The notes: generated by a model from the letters alone, not told the origin. A stretch of 32,380 nt of DNA from Rhodoferax sp. (GCA_031416395.1 JANOTO010000515.1:1-32380), one strand, 5' to 3'; positions 1-8,450 are shown, counted from the first letter of the stretch. Numbers and translations are program-made.

Positions 1-14
1 CTTACACTCATATT

Positions 15-1193
15 ATGAAAAAGAACCTCTGGCTGTTGGCGATCTGCCAGGGGCTCTTCCTGACCAACAACGTGGTCTTCATCGCGATCAACGGCTTGGT
101 GGGCTTCAGCCTGGCACCGTTCGGCTGGATGGCTACGTTGCCGGTGATGGGCTATGTGGTGGGCGGCGCACTGTCCACCGGCTTGGTCGCCAAAACGCAG
201 AAGCGGTTTGGCCGCAGAACCTCTTTTCAAATCGGCTTGGCGGTCGCATTCTTTTCGGCGCTGCTGTGCACTTACGCGGCAGTCAATAAGGACTTCTGGC
301 TGCTGTGCACCGCAACGGTTATCGCCGGTTACTACAACGCCAACGCCGGCCTCTATCGCTTTGCCGCCGCAGAGCTGGTGACCCCAGACTGGCGCGAAAA
401 GGCGGTCTCGATGGTGCTGGCGGGTGGCTTGATTGGTGCGGTGCTCGGCCCCAACCTCGCAGCGCAGACACGCGGCCTGTTCAGCGTGCCGTTTGCGGGC
501 GCTTACCTCACGCTGGCCGGGGTGGCGCTGCTAGCCATCGTGCTGATGAGTTTTATTCAATTCCCGCCACCGCCCCCCAAAACAACGTCCTCAGGTGGCC
601 GCCCGCTATCCGTCATCATGCGCCAGCCGGTGTTCATGGTCGCTGCAGCTGCGGGGGCGTTGGGCTATGGTGTGATGAACCTGCTGATGGCCGCCACACC
701 GCTGGCCATGCAGCAATGTCAGTTGCCGTTCTCAGACGTGGCTCTGGTGCTGGAGTGGCACGTGATTGGCATGTTCGCCCCCGGTTTTTTCACCGGGCAT
801 TTGATCAAACGATTTGGCGTGCTGCCGATCATGGGCATTGGGGTGGTGCTCAACGCGCTGTGCATTTCCATCGCGCTGTCGGGCGTGGACTTGCACCAGT
901 TCCTGGCGGCGCTGTTCCTGCTGGGCATTGGCTGGAACTTCCTCTTCACCGGCAGCACCACGCTGTCGCTGCAAACCTACACCCCAGAGGAAAAAGACCG
1001 TGCCCAGGGCGCTTTGAACTTCTTCGTGTTTGCAACGCTGGCGGTGAGTTCATTGGCCTCGGGCGTGCTGGTCACCACGCAAGGCTGGACGCTGTTGAAT
1101 GTGGGCTCCATCGTCCCCGTGGTGCTGGTGGCACTGGCGCTGGGTTGGCTGGCGATGCATCAGCGGCGTGTTGCGTTGAGTGGAGCGGTTTGA
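15..1193 (+). CDS. MFS family transporter, about 12 predicted TM segments
   Basis: 392-aa ORF made of hydrophobic helices throughout. Short basic loop (KTQKRFGRR) after TM2, as is typical of the MFS fold. The 318-aa ORF in another frame is a shadow. Confidence 0.8.
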   Translation: MKKNLWLLAICQGLFLTNNVVFIAINGLVGFSLAPFGWMATLPVMGYVVGGALSTGLVAKTQKRFGRRTSFQIGLAVAFFSALLCTYAAVNKDFWLLCTATVIAGYYNANAGLYRFAAAELVTPDWREKAVSMVLAGGLIGAVLGPNLAAQTRGLFSVPFAGAYLTLAGVALLAIVLMSFIQFPPPPPKTTSSGGRPLSVIMRQPVFMVAAAAGALGYGVMNLLMAATPLAMQQCQLPFSDVALVLEWHVIGMFAPGFFTGHLIKRFGVLPIMGIGVVLNALCISIALSGVDLHQFLAALFLLGIGWNFLFTGSTTLSLQTYTPEEKDRAQGALNFFVFATLAVSSLASGVLVTTQGWTLLNVGSIVPVVLVALALGWLAMHQRRVALSGAV

Positions 1194-1214
1194 GGATTGC
1201 GTCGCTAGAGCCCA

Positions 1215-1360
1215 TATATTTTACTACAAATAATATAGCAATGTTTCTATATTATTCGTGAGCTAGATGCCGATTTAATCTATAAATTGAGTTGAAATCA
1301 GGTTTTGAGTCAATTCAGGGTGAATTAGCACTAATATTTACTACATTTGTAGTAAATATT
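1215..1360. repeat. AT-rich MITE-like intergenic element with inverted ends of about 13-16 bp (TATTT(T)ACTACAAAT)
   Basis: Lies between two convergent gene ends. The left end ATATTTTACTACAAAT (1215-1230) is repeated in inverted orientation at the right end. That end sits in a 28-bp palindrome, AATATTTACTACA-TT-TGTAGTAAATATT (1333-1360). An internal 10-bp stem AATAATATAG/CTATATTATT (1229-1238/1247-1256) is also present. The core motif recurs at 18807-18824. Confidence 0.4.
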
Positions 1361-1371
1361 AGGTTGAGGTC

Positions 1372-2214
1372 TCAAAACCGCCCGTCCAGCCAAACCTTCA
1401 GCTCCGCAAACACCGGCTCGGCCTCCAGCTCGTTGAAGATCTCGTGATAAAGCCCCTCGAAACAGCGAGATGTCACGACCGTCGCGGGGGCAAGCTCGCT
1501 AAAACGTCGGCTGCCCTGCGGGTTGACCAACGCGTCCGCACCTGCGTAAAGCAGCAAGGTGGGAGTCTTCCAGCGCGGGGCAGCGGCGAGCGCGGCGGCA
1601 CCTGCATTGGCGATGAAACGGCCTAGGCGGGCGCTGATCTTGTCGTGAACCAAGTGGTCTTTGTTGTAGTCGTCGATGACGGCCTGGTCGTGCGAGATTT
1701 TCATCACGTCCAGGCCATTGCCTACGCGCAGGTTGGGCGCGATTTTGGGCAAGATGGAAAGCAGAAATTTCTGGAACGCGTTCAAGCCCGGATCCAGCGC
1801 AGGGGACGACAGGACGAGCGCATCCACTTGCCGCATGGCCCGCGCTACAAACAGGCTCGCCACCGCACCACCCATGCTGTGGCCCAGCAGAATCAGCGGC
1901 GTGCCTTTTTTCATGCGCAGGCGGGTGCTGTCCACAATGTCGGCCAAGTCGTCGATCAGGCGCTCGTCTGATGTCAAGCCACCACGCGGCCCGCCGGACT
2001 CGCCGTGGCCATACTGGTCGTAGCTGCGCACGGCAAAACCCCAGTGGTTCAAGCGGCGGGCAACGTGGTCGTAACGGCCCGCGTGCTCGCCCAACCCATG
2101 CACGATGATGACCACACCGCGCAGCGGCTGGCCAGGCTCCAGCGGCCAGTCTTGTACGGCCAGGTTGTCGCCGTCACTGGCGACGAAGGTGGACAGGGTG
2201 GTTTCAGCGGTCAT
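1372..2214 (-). CDS. alpha/beta-fold hydrolase, lysophospholipase/monoacylglycerol-lipase-like
   Basis: 280-aa ORF with the HGxGEH motif (VHGLGEHAGRY) and the nucleophile elbow GHSMGG. Length is typical of the Hydrolase_4 family. Confidence 0.8.
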   Translation of the reverse strand: MTAETTLSTFVASDGDNLAVQDWPLEPGQPLRGVVIIVHGLGEHAGRYDHVARRLNHWGFAVRSYDQYGHGESGGPRGGLTSDERLIDDLADIVDSTRLRMKKGTPLILLGHSMGGAVASLFVARAMRQVDALVLSSPALDPGLNAFQKFLLSILPKIAPNLRVGNGLDVMKISHDQAVIDDYNKDHLVHDKISARLGRFIANAGAAALAAAPRWKTPTLLLYAGADALVNPQGSRRFSELAPATVVTSRCFEGLYHEIFNELEAEPVFAELKVWLDGRF

Positions 2215-2236
2215 GCCAGTTTGGGTGCGATGCGTT

Positions 2237-3745
2237 TCAAGGCAATTGAGCGATCACGTGGGCAACTGCGGCGGTGAGCTTTTTGGCATACGGAACGTGC
2301 AAAAACTCGTTGGGGCCATGGGCATTGCTGCGCGGGCCGAGCACGCCGCAGACCATCATCTGCGCTTTGGGGAAGCCTTGCGACAGCATGTTCATCAGCG
2401 GAATGGTGCCGCCTTGGCCGATGTAGCCGCAGGATGCACCAAAGTGAGCGGTTGATGCCTCGTTCAAGGCCTGCTCAAACCAGGGCGAGGTGCTCGGGGC
2501 GTTCCAACCCGTTGCACCGCTCAGGCCGTCGAAGGTGACTTTGGCCTGGTACGGCGCGTTGTCTTCGAGCAGCGTTTTGAGCTCTTGAACAGCCGTTGCC
2601 GCGTCCACCAACGGCGGCAAGCGCAGGCTGAGTTTGAAGGCGGTGTAGGGGCGAAGCACATTGCCTGCGTCTTGCAGCGCAGGAAAGCCCTCAGCACCCG
2701 TCACACTCAACGTCGGCGACCAAGTGCGATTGAGCAAACCTTGCACCGGTTCGGTGGTGGTGGGCAGCGCAAACTGGGTGGAGCCGCCGCAGTCGTAATG
2801 CGCCCAGGGGAAGCGCTTGTGAACTTCATCGCCCAGAATCGCCGCCGTGGCCTTGGCTTGCGCCAACCGATCTGCGGGTACCTCGCAATGGAAGCTGGCG
2901 GGCAGCAAGCGGCCGGTGGCGCTGTCTTCAAGCCGGTCCAGCACCTGGCGCATGATGCGAAAGCTGGATGGCACCAGGCCGCTGGCATCACCTGAATGAA
3001 TGCCTTCGGTCAAGATCTCAACCTTCAGTACGCCCGTCGCCATGCCGCGCAGGCTGCTGGTGAGCCATAGCTGGTCGTAGTTGCCCGCGCCGGAGTCCAG
3101 GCAGATCACCAACGCCACATCACCCAAGCGGTTGCGACCAGGCTCGCGCAGCGCGTCTACATACGGGAGCAGATCGCGCGAGCCGCTTTCTTCGCAGGTT
3201 TCAATCAGGCCGACGATGCGCGGGTGCGCCACACCTTGGGTCTTGAGCGCCTGAATCGCTGCGACGCTGGCATACACCGCGTAGCCATCGTCGGCACCAC
3301 CTCGGCCATAGAGCTTGCCGTCTTCGTATTTGGGAGTCCACGGCCCCAAGTCTGAGCGCCAGCCGCTGAATTCGGGTTGTTTGTCCAGGTGGCCATACAT
3401 CAGCACGGTTTGGCCGGACGAGGCTTTCGCCGAGCCGTTGGCCGCATTTCCATTTTTACCAGTTGACGCAGGCACTTCAAAAAACAGTACCGGCGTGCGG
3501 CCCGGCAGGCTGATGATCTCAAGAGTCAACCCCTCCACTTTTTGCGCGCGCACCCAGTCGGCGGCGTTGCGCATCACCGCGTCGATATAACCGTGGGCGG
3601 CCCAGTCGGGGTCGAACATCGGCGACTTGGCGGGGATGGCGATGTAGTCGGTAATCTGCCGCACGATGTCGCTGTCCCATTGCTGGCTAACCTGGCTCAG
3701 TGCTTGGGTTGCGTTCAGCGCGAATTCGGGAACTCTGGCGTTCAT
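2237..3745 (-). CDS. M20 family metallopeptidase (dipeptidase-like)
   Basis: 502-aa ORF with M20 metal-binding motifs (YGHLDKQP, GRGGADDGYAVY, ETCEESGS). An AGGAG Shine-Dalgarno lies upstream. It ends 22 nt before the hydrolase gene, so the two are probably co-transcribed. Confidence 0.8.
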   Translation of the reverse strand: MNARVPEFALNATQALSQVSQQWDSDIVRQITDYIAIPAKSPMFDPDWAAHGYIDAVMRNAADWVRAQKVEGLTLEIISLPGRTPVLFFEVPASTGKNGNAANGSAKASSGQTVLMYGHLDKQPEFSGWRSDLGPWTPKYEDGKLYGRGGADDGYAVYASVAAIQALKTQGVAHPRIVGLIETCEESGSRDLLPYVDALREPGRNRLGDVALVICLDSGAGNYDQLWLTSSLRGMATGVLKVEILTEGIHSGDASGLVPSSFRIMRQVLDRLEDSATGRLLPASFHCEVPADRLAQAKATAAILGDEVHKRFPWAHYDCGGSTQFALPTTTEPVQGLLNRTWSPTLSVTGAEGFPALQDAGNVLRPYTAFKLSLRLPPLVDAATAVQELKTLLEDNAPYQAKVTFDGLSGATGWNAPSTSPWFEQALNEASTAHFGASCGYIGQGGTIPLMNMLSQGFPKAQMMVCGVLGPRSNAHGPNEFLHVPYAKKLTAAVAHVIAQLP

Positions 3746-3754
3746 GAAACACTC

Positions 3755-3783
3755 CTAGATTGGACAAACAATAACCAATCTAG
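3755..3783. promoter_or_regulatory. perfect 9-bp inverted repeat CTAGATTGG-N11-CCAATCTAG in a 41-bp divergent intergenic region
   Basis: Read directly from the sequence. The left arm overlaps the AGGAG Shine-Dalgarno of the M20 peptidase gene on the minus strand. The right arm ends 3 nt before the lipoprotein ATG. Confidence 0.35.
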
Positions 3784-3786
3784 ATT

Positions 3787-4296
3787 ATGCGTTTTCTTTC
3801 CCAAGCTCACCGCGTCTTCGGCTTAGTGGCTCTCCTGACGCTCGTTGCCTGCGCAGGCAACCCTGACGCCATTCCGGTCGGCACGAACCGTGATGCCGTG
3901 CTGTCAACCTTGGGCCAGCCCACCGCCATTTGGACCATCACCGGCGGCGAGCGTTTGCAGTACTCCAGACAGCCCGGGGGGCAGCAGGTTTACAACGTGG
4001 ATTTGGACAACAGCGCCCGAGTGGTTACCGCAGCTCAAGTGATGACGCAAGCCGCGTTTGCAGCGGTTCAAATTGATGCATGGCGCACCCAGGACGTGCT
4101 GCGGGCCTTTGGCAAACCGGCGTTAATCGCCCGCGTTTACTCGTTTGACGGCATTGTGTGGAGTTACCGTTACGCCGAGCCGTTTGGGCCCAACAAACAG
4201 TTTCATGTTTTTATCGACTCAAGCGGAATGGTGCGGCGCACCCAGGTGACTGATGAGCCCGATCTGATTGACGACCGCATTGGCGCAAAGCAGTAG
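3787..4296 (+). CDS. putative lipoprotein, possibly with BamE/SmpA-OmlA-like repeats
   Basis: 169-aa ORF with a signal peptide and lipobox (LLTLVAC). There are two similar 'RD.VL...G.P' modules. The functional assignment is weak. Confidence 0.65.
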   Translation: MRFLSQAHRVFGLVALLTLVACAGNPDAIPVGTNRDAVLSTLGQPTAIWTITGGERLQYSRQPGGQQVYNVDLDNSARVVTAAQVMTQAAFAAVQIDAWRTQDVLRAFGKPALIARVYSFDGIVWSYRYAEPFGPNKQFHVFIDSSGMVRRTQVTDEPDLIDDRIGAKQ

Positions 4297-4314
4297 TCCA
4301 ATCGATTCGCCTTA

Positions 4315-5118
4315 TCAACGCAATAAAAAGTAAATCGCAATCCCATACAGGACGCTGGCGAAGACTTTTTTCAACGGCGCAATATCGATGCGGTGTGCCA
4401 AGCGCGCGCCAAACGGCGCCGTGATCATGCTGGCCATTGCGATCAGCACAAGACCCGGCAAGTACAAGTAGCCTACGGCACCGGGTGGCATCTGGGGCAG
4501 GCTCCAACCAGCCCAGATATAACCCAATGTGCCCGCCAGGGCGACCGGGAACCCCAGCGCCGCCGACGTGGCCACCGCCTTGTGAATGGTGACGTTGCTC
4601 CAGGTCATGAACGGCACCGAAATAAACGCACCACCCGCGCCAACCATGCTGGAGAGGCCGCCGATCAAACCCCCCACGCCGAGCATGCCCAAGCTGCCGG
4701 GCAACACGCGCGTGGGTTTGGGCTTGCGGTTCAAGAACATTTGTGTGGCCGAAAAGGCAACAAACAGCGCAAACAGCACCGTCAAAAATTGGGTGGGCAG
4801 GGCCACGGCAATATGTGCACCGGCCAGGGACCCGACGACGAGGCCGGGTGCCAAACTCATGACCACTGGCCATAAGACGGCGCCGCGCTGGTGATGCGCC
4901 CGCACGGACGACAGTGAGGTGAAGCAAATCGTTGCCAACGACGTCGCTACCGCCATTTTGACGAGGTGCACCTCCGGAAAGCCCTTGGCGGCAAGGATCA
5001 TCGTCATGAACGGCACCATGATCATGCCACCGCCAATGCCCAAGAGCCCCGCCAGATAGCCGGTGCACAGGCCCAAAAATAGAAGCTCTGCGATCAGCAG
5101 CGGCGAGATGTCAAACAT
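4315..5118 (-). CDS. TauE/SafE (TSUP) family sulfite/organosulfonate exporter
   Basis: 267-aa polytopic membrane protein with two GxGGG-type motifs (LLGIGGGMIMVPF, VGAGGAFISVPF) diagnostic of the TSUP/TauE family. Confidence 0.85.
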   Translation of the reverse strand: MFDISPLLIAELLFLGLCTGYLAGLLGIGGGMIMVPFMTMILAAKGFPEVHLVKMAVATSLATICFTSLSSVRAHHQRGAVLWPVVMSLAPGLVVGSLAGAHIAVALPTQFLTVLFALFVAFSATQMFLNRKPKPTRVLPGSLGMLGVGGLIGGLSSMVGAGGAFISVPFMTWSNVTIHKAVATSAALGFPVALAGTLGYIWAGWSLPQMPPGAVGYLYLPGLVLIAMASMITAPFGARLAHRIDIAPLKKVFASVLYGIAIYFLLR

Positions 5119-5136
5119 GTTGCGGTTGCAGGCTGA

Positions 5137-5838
5137 TCAACAGCCCAGCTGCTCGGCCAATGCCAGCAGATTCTTGGCATGCCAGGTGTTCGCCGGGTTG
5201 GGTGAAACATCTTTGGGGTGCTTCACACCAAACTCGTGGGGGCGCTCGATGTAAGCGGTTTGCAGTCCGCAGTCGCGGGCTGCCGCCAGGTCATCCTGAT
5301 GCGCCGCGACCAGCATCACTTCGGCAGGTTCCACATCAAATACCCTGGCGACACCCAAATACGTGGAGGGATGCGGCTTGTAGGCCCGAAACACCTCGGC
5401 GGACAAGATGCAGTCCCACGGTAATCCAGCGCGTTTTGCCATGTTGGTAAGCAGGCCCAGGTTGCCATTTGAGAGTGAGCAAATCGTGAATTTCGTTTTG
5501 AGCCGGGTCAAGCCCGCGACCGAATCAGGCCAGGCATCCAGCCGGTGCCATACTTTGTTCAGGTGGCGCTTTTGCGACTCGGTCAATTGCGTGATGTTGA
5601 ATTCGCCGAGGATCTCGTCCAGGATCATGCGGTGCAGGTCGTCGATGAGCGTCCAGCCGAGCTCGCCCGACATCACGCGCTTCATCGCAGGCTGGTAGCC
5701 CGCGCGCCAGGCCAGTGCGAACTCGCCGCCGTCAACTTGCAGACCCATCGTATTCACCTCTTTGGCAATGCTGCCGTGCCAATCGACCACGGTGCCGAAA
5801 ATATCGAAAGCCAGAACCTTGGGATGCAAGACAGTCAT
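5137..5838 (-). CDS. HAD superfamily hydrolase, haloacid dehalogenase type II-like
   Basis: 233-aa ORF with HAD motif I (FDIFGTVVDW), motif II (SLSNGN) and the C-terminal acidic motif (VAAHQDDLAAA). Confidence 0.75.
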   Translation of the reverse strand: MTVLHPKVLAFDIFGTVVDWHGSIAKEVNTMGLQVDGGEFALAWRAGYQPAMKRVMSGELGWTLIDDLHRMILDEILGEFNITQLTESQKRHLNKVWHRLDAWPDSVAGLTRLKTKFTICSLSNGNLGLLTNMAKRAGLPWDCILSAEVFRAYKPHPSTYLGVARVFDVEPAEVMLVAAHQDDLAAARDCGLQTAYIERPHEFGVKHPKDVSPNPANTWHAKNLLALAEQLGC

Positions 5839-5849
5839 GGTTTTTTCCT

Positions 5850-6431
5850 TCAGACCGAAAATTTAAATACCGCCGTACCCGCCAGCAGGTTGGGCGCAAA
5901 GCGCACGCTGCGGCTGTTTTGCAGACCGAACTTGTCGGAAATTTTTAACTGATTTCGCTCGGCCAGCGTTTCAAAATCAGCAAACGTGCCGACGCGGATG
6001 TTAGGCGTGTCGTACCACTGGTACGGCAATCGCTTGGTCACTGGCATGCGGCCACGCAATACGCTCACGCGGTTCGGCCAGTGTGCAAAGTTGGGGAAGG
6101 CCACGATGCCTGCACGCCCGACACGCACCGTCTCGCGCAGCATCACCTCGGCATTGCGCAGGTGTTGCAGGGTGTCGATTTGCAGCACCACATCGAACGA
6201 GGCATCGTCAAACATGGTCAAGCCTTCGTCGAGGTTGAGCTGAATCACGTTGACCCCACGCTTGACGCAGGCCAACACATTGGCATCGTCAATCTCGACC
6301 CCATAGCCCGTGCAACCGCGCGTCGTTCGCAAGTGCGCCAGCAGGGCACCGTCGCCACAGCCCAAATCGAGTACGCGCGCGCCTTGTGGCACCAGACTGG
6401 CGATCACGTCCATGGTGGCCAATTCACTCAT
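5850..6431 (-). CDS. metW: methionine biosynthesis protein MetW
   Basis: 193-aa ORF with a SAM-methyltransferase-like fold motif (VLDLGCGDG). It overlaps the metX stop by 4 nt, the canonical metXW arrangement. Confidence 0.9.
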   Translation of the reverse strand: MSELATMDVIASLVPQGARVLDLGCGDGALLAHLRTTRGCTGYGVEIDDANVLACVKRGVNVIQLNLDEGLTMFDDASFDVVLQIDTLQHLRNAEVMLRETVRVGRAGIVAFPNFAHWPNRVSVLRGRMPVTKRLPYQWYDTPNIRVGTFADFETLAERNQLKISDKFGLQNSRSVRFAPNLLAGTAVFKFSV

Positions 6432-7663
6432 GACTTAGGCCCCAGCGAAAGATAAATACCGTCAAAGTAGGAGCGCACGACGCCCATATAGCGTTCATCC
6501 TCCAGCAAAAACGCATCATGCCCGTGCGGCGCGTCGATTTCGGCGTAGCTGACGTCGCGGCGGTTGTCCAGTAGCGCCTTCACCAGCTCACGGCTGCGCT
6601 TGGGGGAAAAGCGCCAGTCCGTGGTGAAGCTGACCAGCAGGAACTTCGCCGTCGCGCGGGTCAGCGCTTGGCTCAAATTACCGCCATATTGGCGTGCCGG
6701 GTCAAAATAATCCAGCGCGCGGGTAATCAACAGATAGGTGTTGGCATCAAAGTATTCGGCGAATTTGTCACCCTGGTAGCGCAGGTAGCTTTCGATTTGA
6801 AACTCGACATCCTGGGTGGAGAACTTAAAATCCTGAGAATTGCCGCCGAGGTTTTTCGACGGGCCGCCCCTAGAAAAATGCACCCCCTCGGGGGGCAGCG
6901 ACGACACGGAGTGCGAGAGCGTGGGGGCCAGTTTTCTTCCGAATTTTTCGTTCATCACATCGTCACTGAGGTACGTGATGTGACCAATCATGCGTGCGAT
7001 GCGCAGGCCGACTTTGGGTTTGGTCTCTGGCTTGTGCGCATCACCGTAAAAGTGCCCTCCGTTGAAATCCGGGTCAGTCGTGATGGCGCGGCGGGCGACT
7101 TCGTTGAAGGCGATGTTCTCTGCGGTGAGGTTCGGCGCGCTGGCGATCACCACCGCGTGGCGAATTCGATCTGGATATTGCAGCGACCAGCTCAAGGCCT
7201 GCATGCCGCCCAGCGATCCACCCATCACCGCAGCCAGGGTATGAATGCCCAGCGCATCCATCAGCCGCGCCTGCGAATTCACCCAGTCTTCGACCGTGAC
7301 CACGGGGAAATCAGCGCCGTAGACTTGGTCGCCATGGGGTGCGTCAGGGTTCGGGTGCATCGGCCCAGTCGAGCCGAAGCACGAACCCAGGTTGTTCACG
7401 CCGATGACGAAGAAGCGATTCGTATCCACCGGTTTGCCGGGGCCAATCATGGTGTCCCACCAGCCTTCAGATTTGTCTTGCCCCTCGTACACACCCGCGA
7501 CGTGGTGCGAAGCATTCAACGCATGGCAAATCAGCACCGCGTTGCTTTTGTCTGCGTTAAGCGTGCCATAGGTCTCAAAGCTCAAGTCGTAGGCATGCAG
7601 GCTCGCTCCGCTCTGCAACGGGAGCGCATCGGCAAATTGCATCGACTGGGGTGAGGCAAACAT
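6428..7663 (-). CDS. metX: homoserine O-acyltransferase MetX (O-acetyl or O-succinyl type)
   Basis: Alpha/beta hydrolase with [10 protein letters not shown] and the conserved blocks [12 protein letters not shown] and VSFTTDWRF. The track ORF starts at a TTG (7672). The in-frame ATG at 7663 ([10 protein letters not shown]...) is the more likely start. Confidence 0.9.
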   Translation of the reverse strand: MFASPQSMQFADALPLQSGASLHAYDLSFETYGTLNADKSNAVLICHALNASHHVAGVYEGQDKSEGWWDTMIGPGKPVDTNRFFVIGVNNLGSCFGSTGPMHPNPDAPHGDQVYGADFPVVTVEDWVNSQARLMDALGIHTLAAVMGGSLGGMQALSWSLQYPDRIRHAVVIASAPNLTAENIAFNEVARRAITTDPDFNGGHFYGDAHKPETKPKVGLRIARMIGHITYLSDDVMNEKFGRKLAPTLSHSVSSLPPEGVHFSRGGPSKNLGGNSQDFKFSTQDVEFQIESYLRYQGDKFAEYFDANTYLLITRALDYFDPARQYGGNLSQALTRATAKFLLVSFTTDWRFSPKRSRELVKALLDNRRDVSYAEIDAPHGHDAFLLEDERYMGVVRSYFDGIYLSLGPKS

Positions 7664-7683
7664 TTGCTGCAATTAATCGCTGG

Positions 7684-7805
7684 AAAAAACAAAACCCGGC
7701 ATCGCAATCCTTAAATTAGCTGAATGAGCTAAAGGGCGAGGCCGGGTGGGCGAGCGTCTTTAGCTGAACTTATTACGCGCCCGCAAGCTGTGGCAAATCG
7801 GCGCG
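7684..7805 (-). promoter_or_regulatory. metX leader: mutually exclusive antiterminator/terminator hairpins plus U-tract; candidate SAM-responsive (SAM-II-like) riboswitch
   Basis: Minus-strand elements: stem CGCGCC/GGCGCG closing the loop GAUUUGCCACAGCUUGCG. One word occurs three times as CAGCUAAAG, CUUUAGCU and AGCUAAuuuAAGG. An outer stem CCCGGC/GCCGGG is followed by UUUUGUUUUUU, 20 nt before the ATG. Confidence 0.4.
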
Positions 7806-7816
7806 AAACGAGTATA

Positions 7817-8374
7817 TCAACCCAGCAGCGCGAACAGGCCCAGCACGAGGAAGATAACGGCCGAAGTCACGTGAACTGCGCGAATCGGCACACGACGCGT
7901 GATGCGCTCGCCCAGCCAAACCACCGGCGCATTCGCCAGCATCATGCCCAGCGTTGTTCCCGCGACGACCCACACAAAAGCGTTGTACTGCGCAGCCAGC
8001 ATAACGGTGGCAATCTGTGTTTTGTCGCCCATCTCCGCCAGGAAGAATGTGACGAGTGTGGTTGTAAAAACCCCGAATCGCGGGGCAGTAGCCGCTTCGT
8101 CGACATCCAGCTTGTCAGGAATCAGCATCCAAAGCGCCATCGCGATAAACGACGCACCCAGCACCCAGCGCAGCGCGGTCGGACCCAAAAACGTCGTTAC
8201 CCACGCGCCCAAGGCGCCTGCCAACGCATGGTTGGCGAGTGTCGCGATCAGAATACCCCAGACGATAGGCCACGGCTTGCGAAAGCGCACGGCAAGCAGC
8301 AGGGCCAGCAACTGGGTTTTGTCGCCCATTTCGGCTAGGGTGACGATACCGGTTGAAACGAAGAAGGCTTCCAT
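7817..8374 (-). CDS. UPF0016 (GDT1/TMEM165/MneA) family putative Mn2+/Ca2+ transporter
   Basis: 185-aa membrane protein with two copies of the family signature E-x-G-D-K-T (LAEMGDKTQ appears twice). Confidence 0.85.
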   Translation of the reverse strand: MEAFFVSTGIVTLAEMGDKTQLLALLLAVRFRKPWPIVWGILIATLANHALAGALGAWVTTFLGPTALRWVLGASFIAMALWMLIPDKLDVDEAATAPRFGVFTTTLVTFFLAEMGDKTQIATVMLAAQYNAFVWVVAGTTLGMMLANAPVVWLGERITRRVPIRAVHVTSAVIFLVLGLFALLG

Positions 8375-8450
8375 CGGTGGATGCTAACCCGCTACCTGTT
8401 GCGCCTGTATTCGGTGGGACACAAACGATTAGCTAAAAATCGCCCCCACA

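Noticed and set aside
756-771. sigma-54-like sequence TGGCACGTGATTGGCA
   Set aside because: It has one mismatch in the -12 element (TGGC instead of TTGC). It lies in the sense strand in the middle of the MFS coding region, with no downstream gene start. It is explained by the codons for W-H-V-I-G.
305-1261. 318-aa alternate-frame ORF inside the MFS gene. The similar 4211..5068 ORF inside the TauE gene is the same kind of case.
   Set aside because: These are same-strand frame shadows with Arg/Gly/Ala-rich, non-membrane sequence. The annotated frames give coherent transporter proteins.
1928-1936. DnaA-box-like 9-mers inside coding regions (CTGTCCACA here; TGTGGATGA at 17462-17470)
   Set aside because: They are isolated 7-8/9 matches within genes, far from the origin and not clustered. 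They are expected by chance.
6668-7654. 328-aa plus-strand ORF
   Set aside because: It lies antisense to metX and has no motifs. It is a shadow ORF.
8375-8450. Possible yybP-ykoY manganese riboswitch upstream of the UPF0016 (Mn exporter-like) gene
   Set aside because: I read the minus-strand leader and found none of the conserved GGGGAGUAG, CACAUA or UUGACA-type elements or the four-helix layout. The region is better explained as the shared promoter gap with amt.
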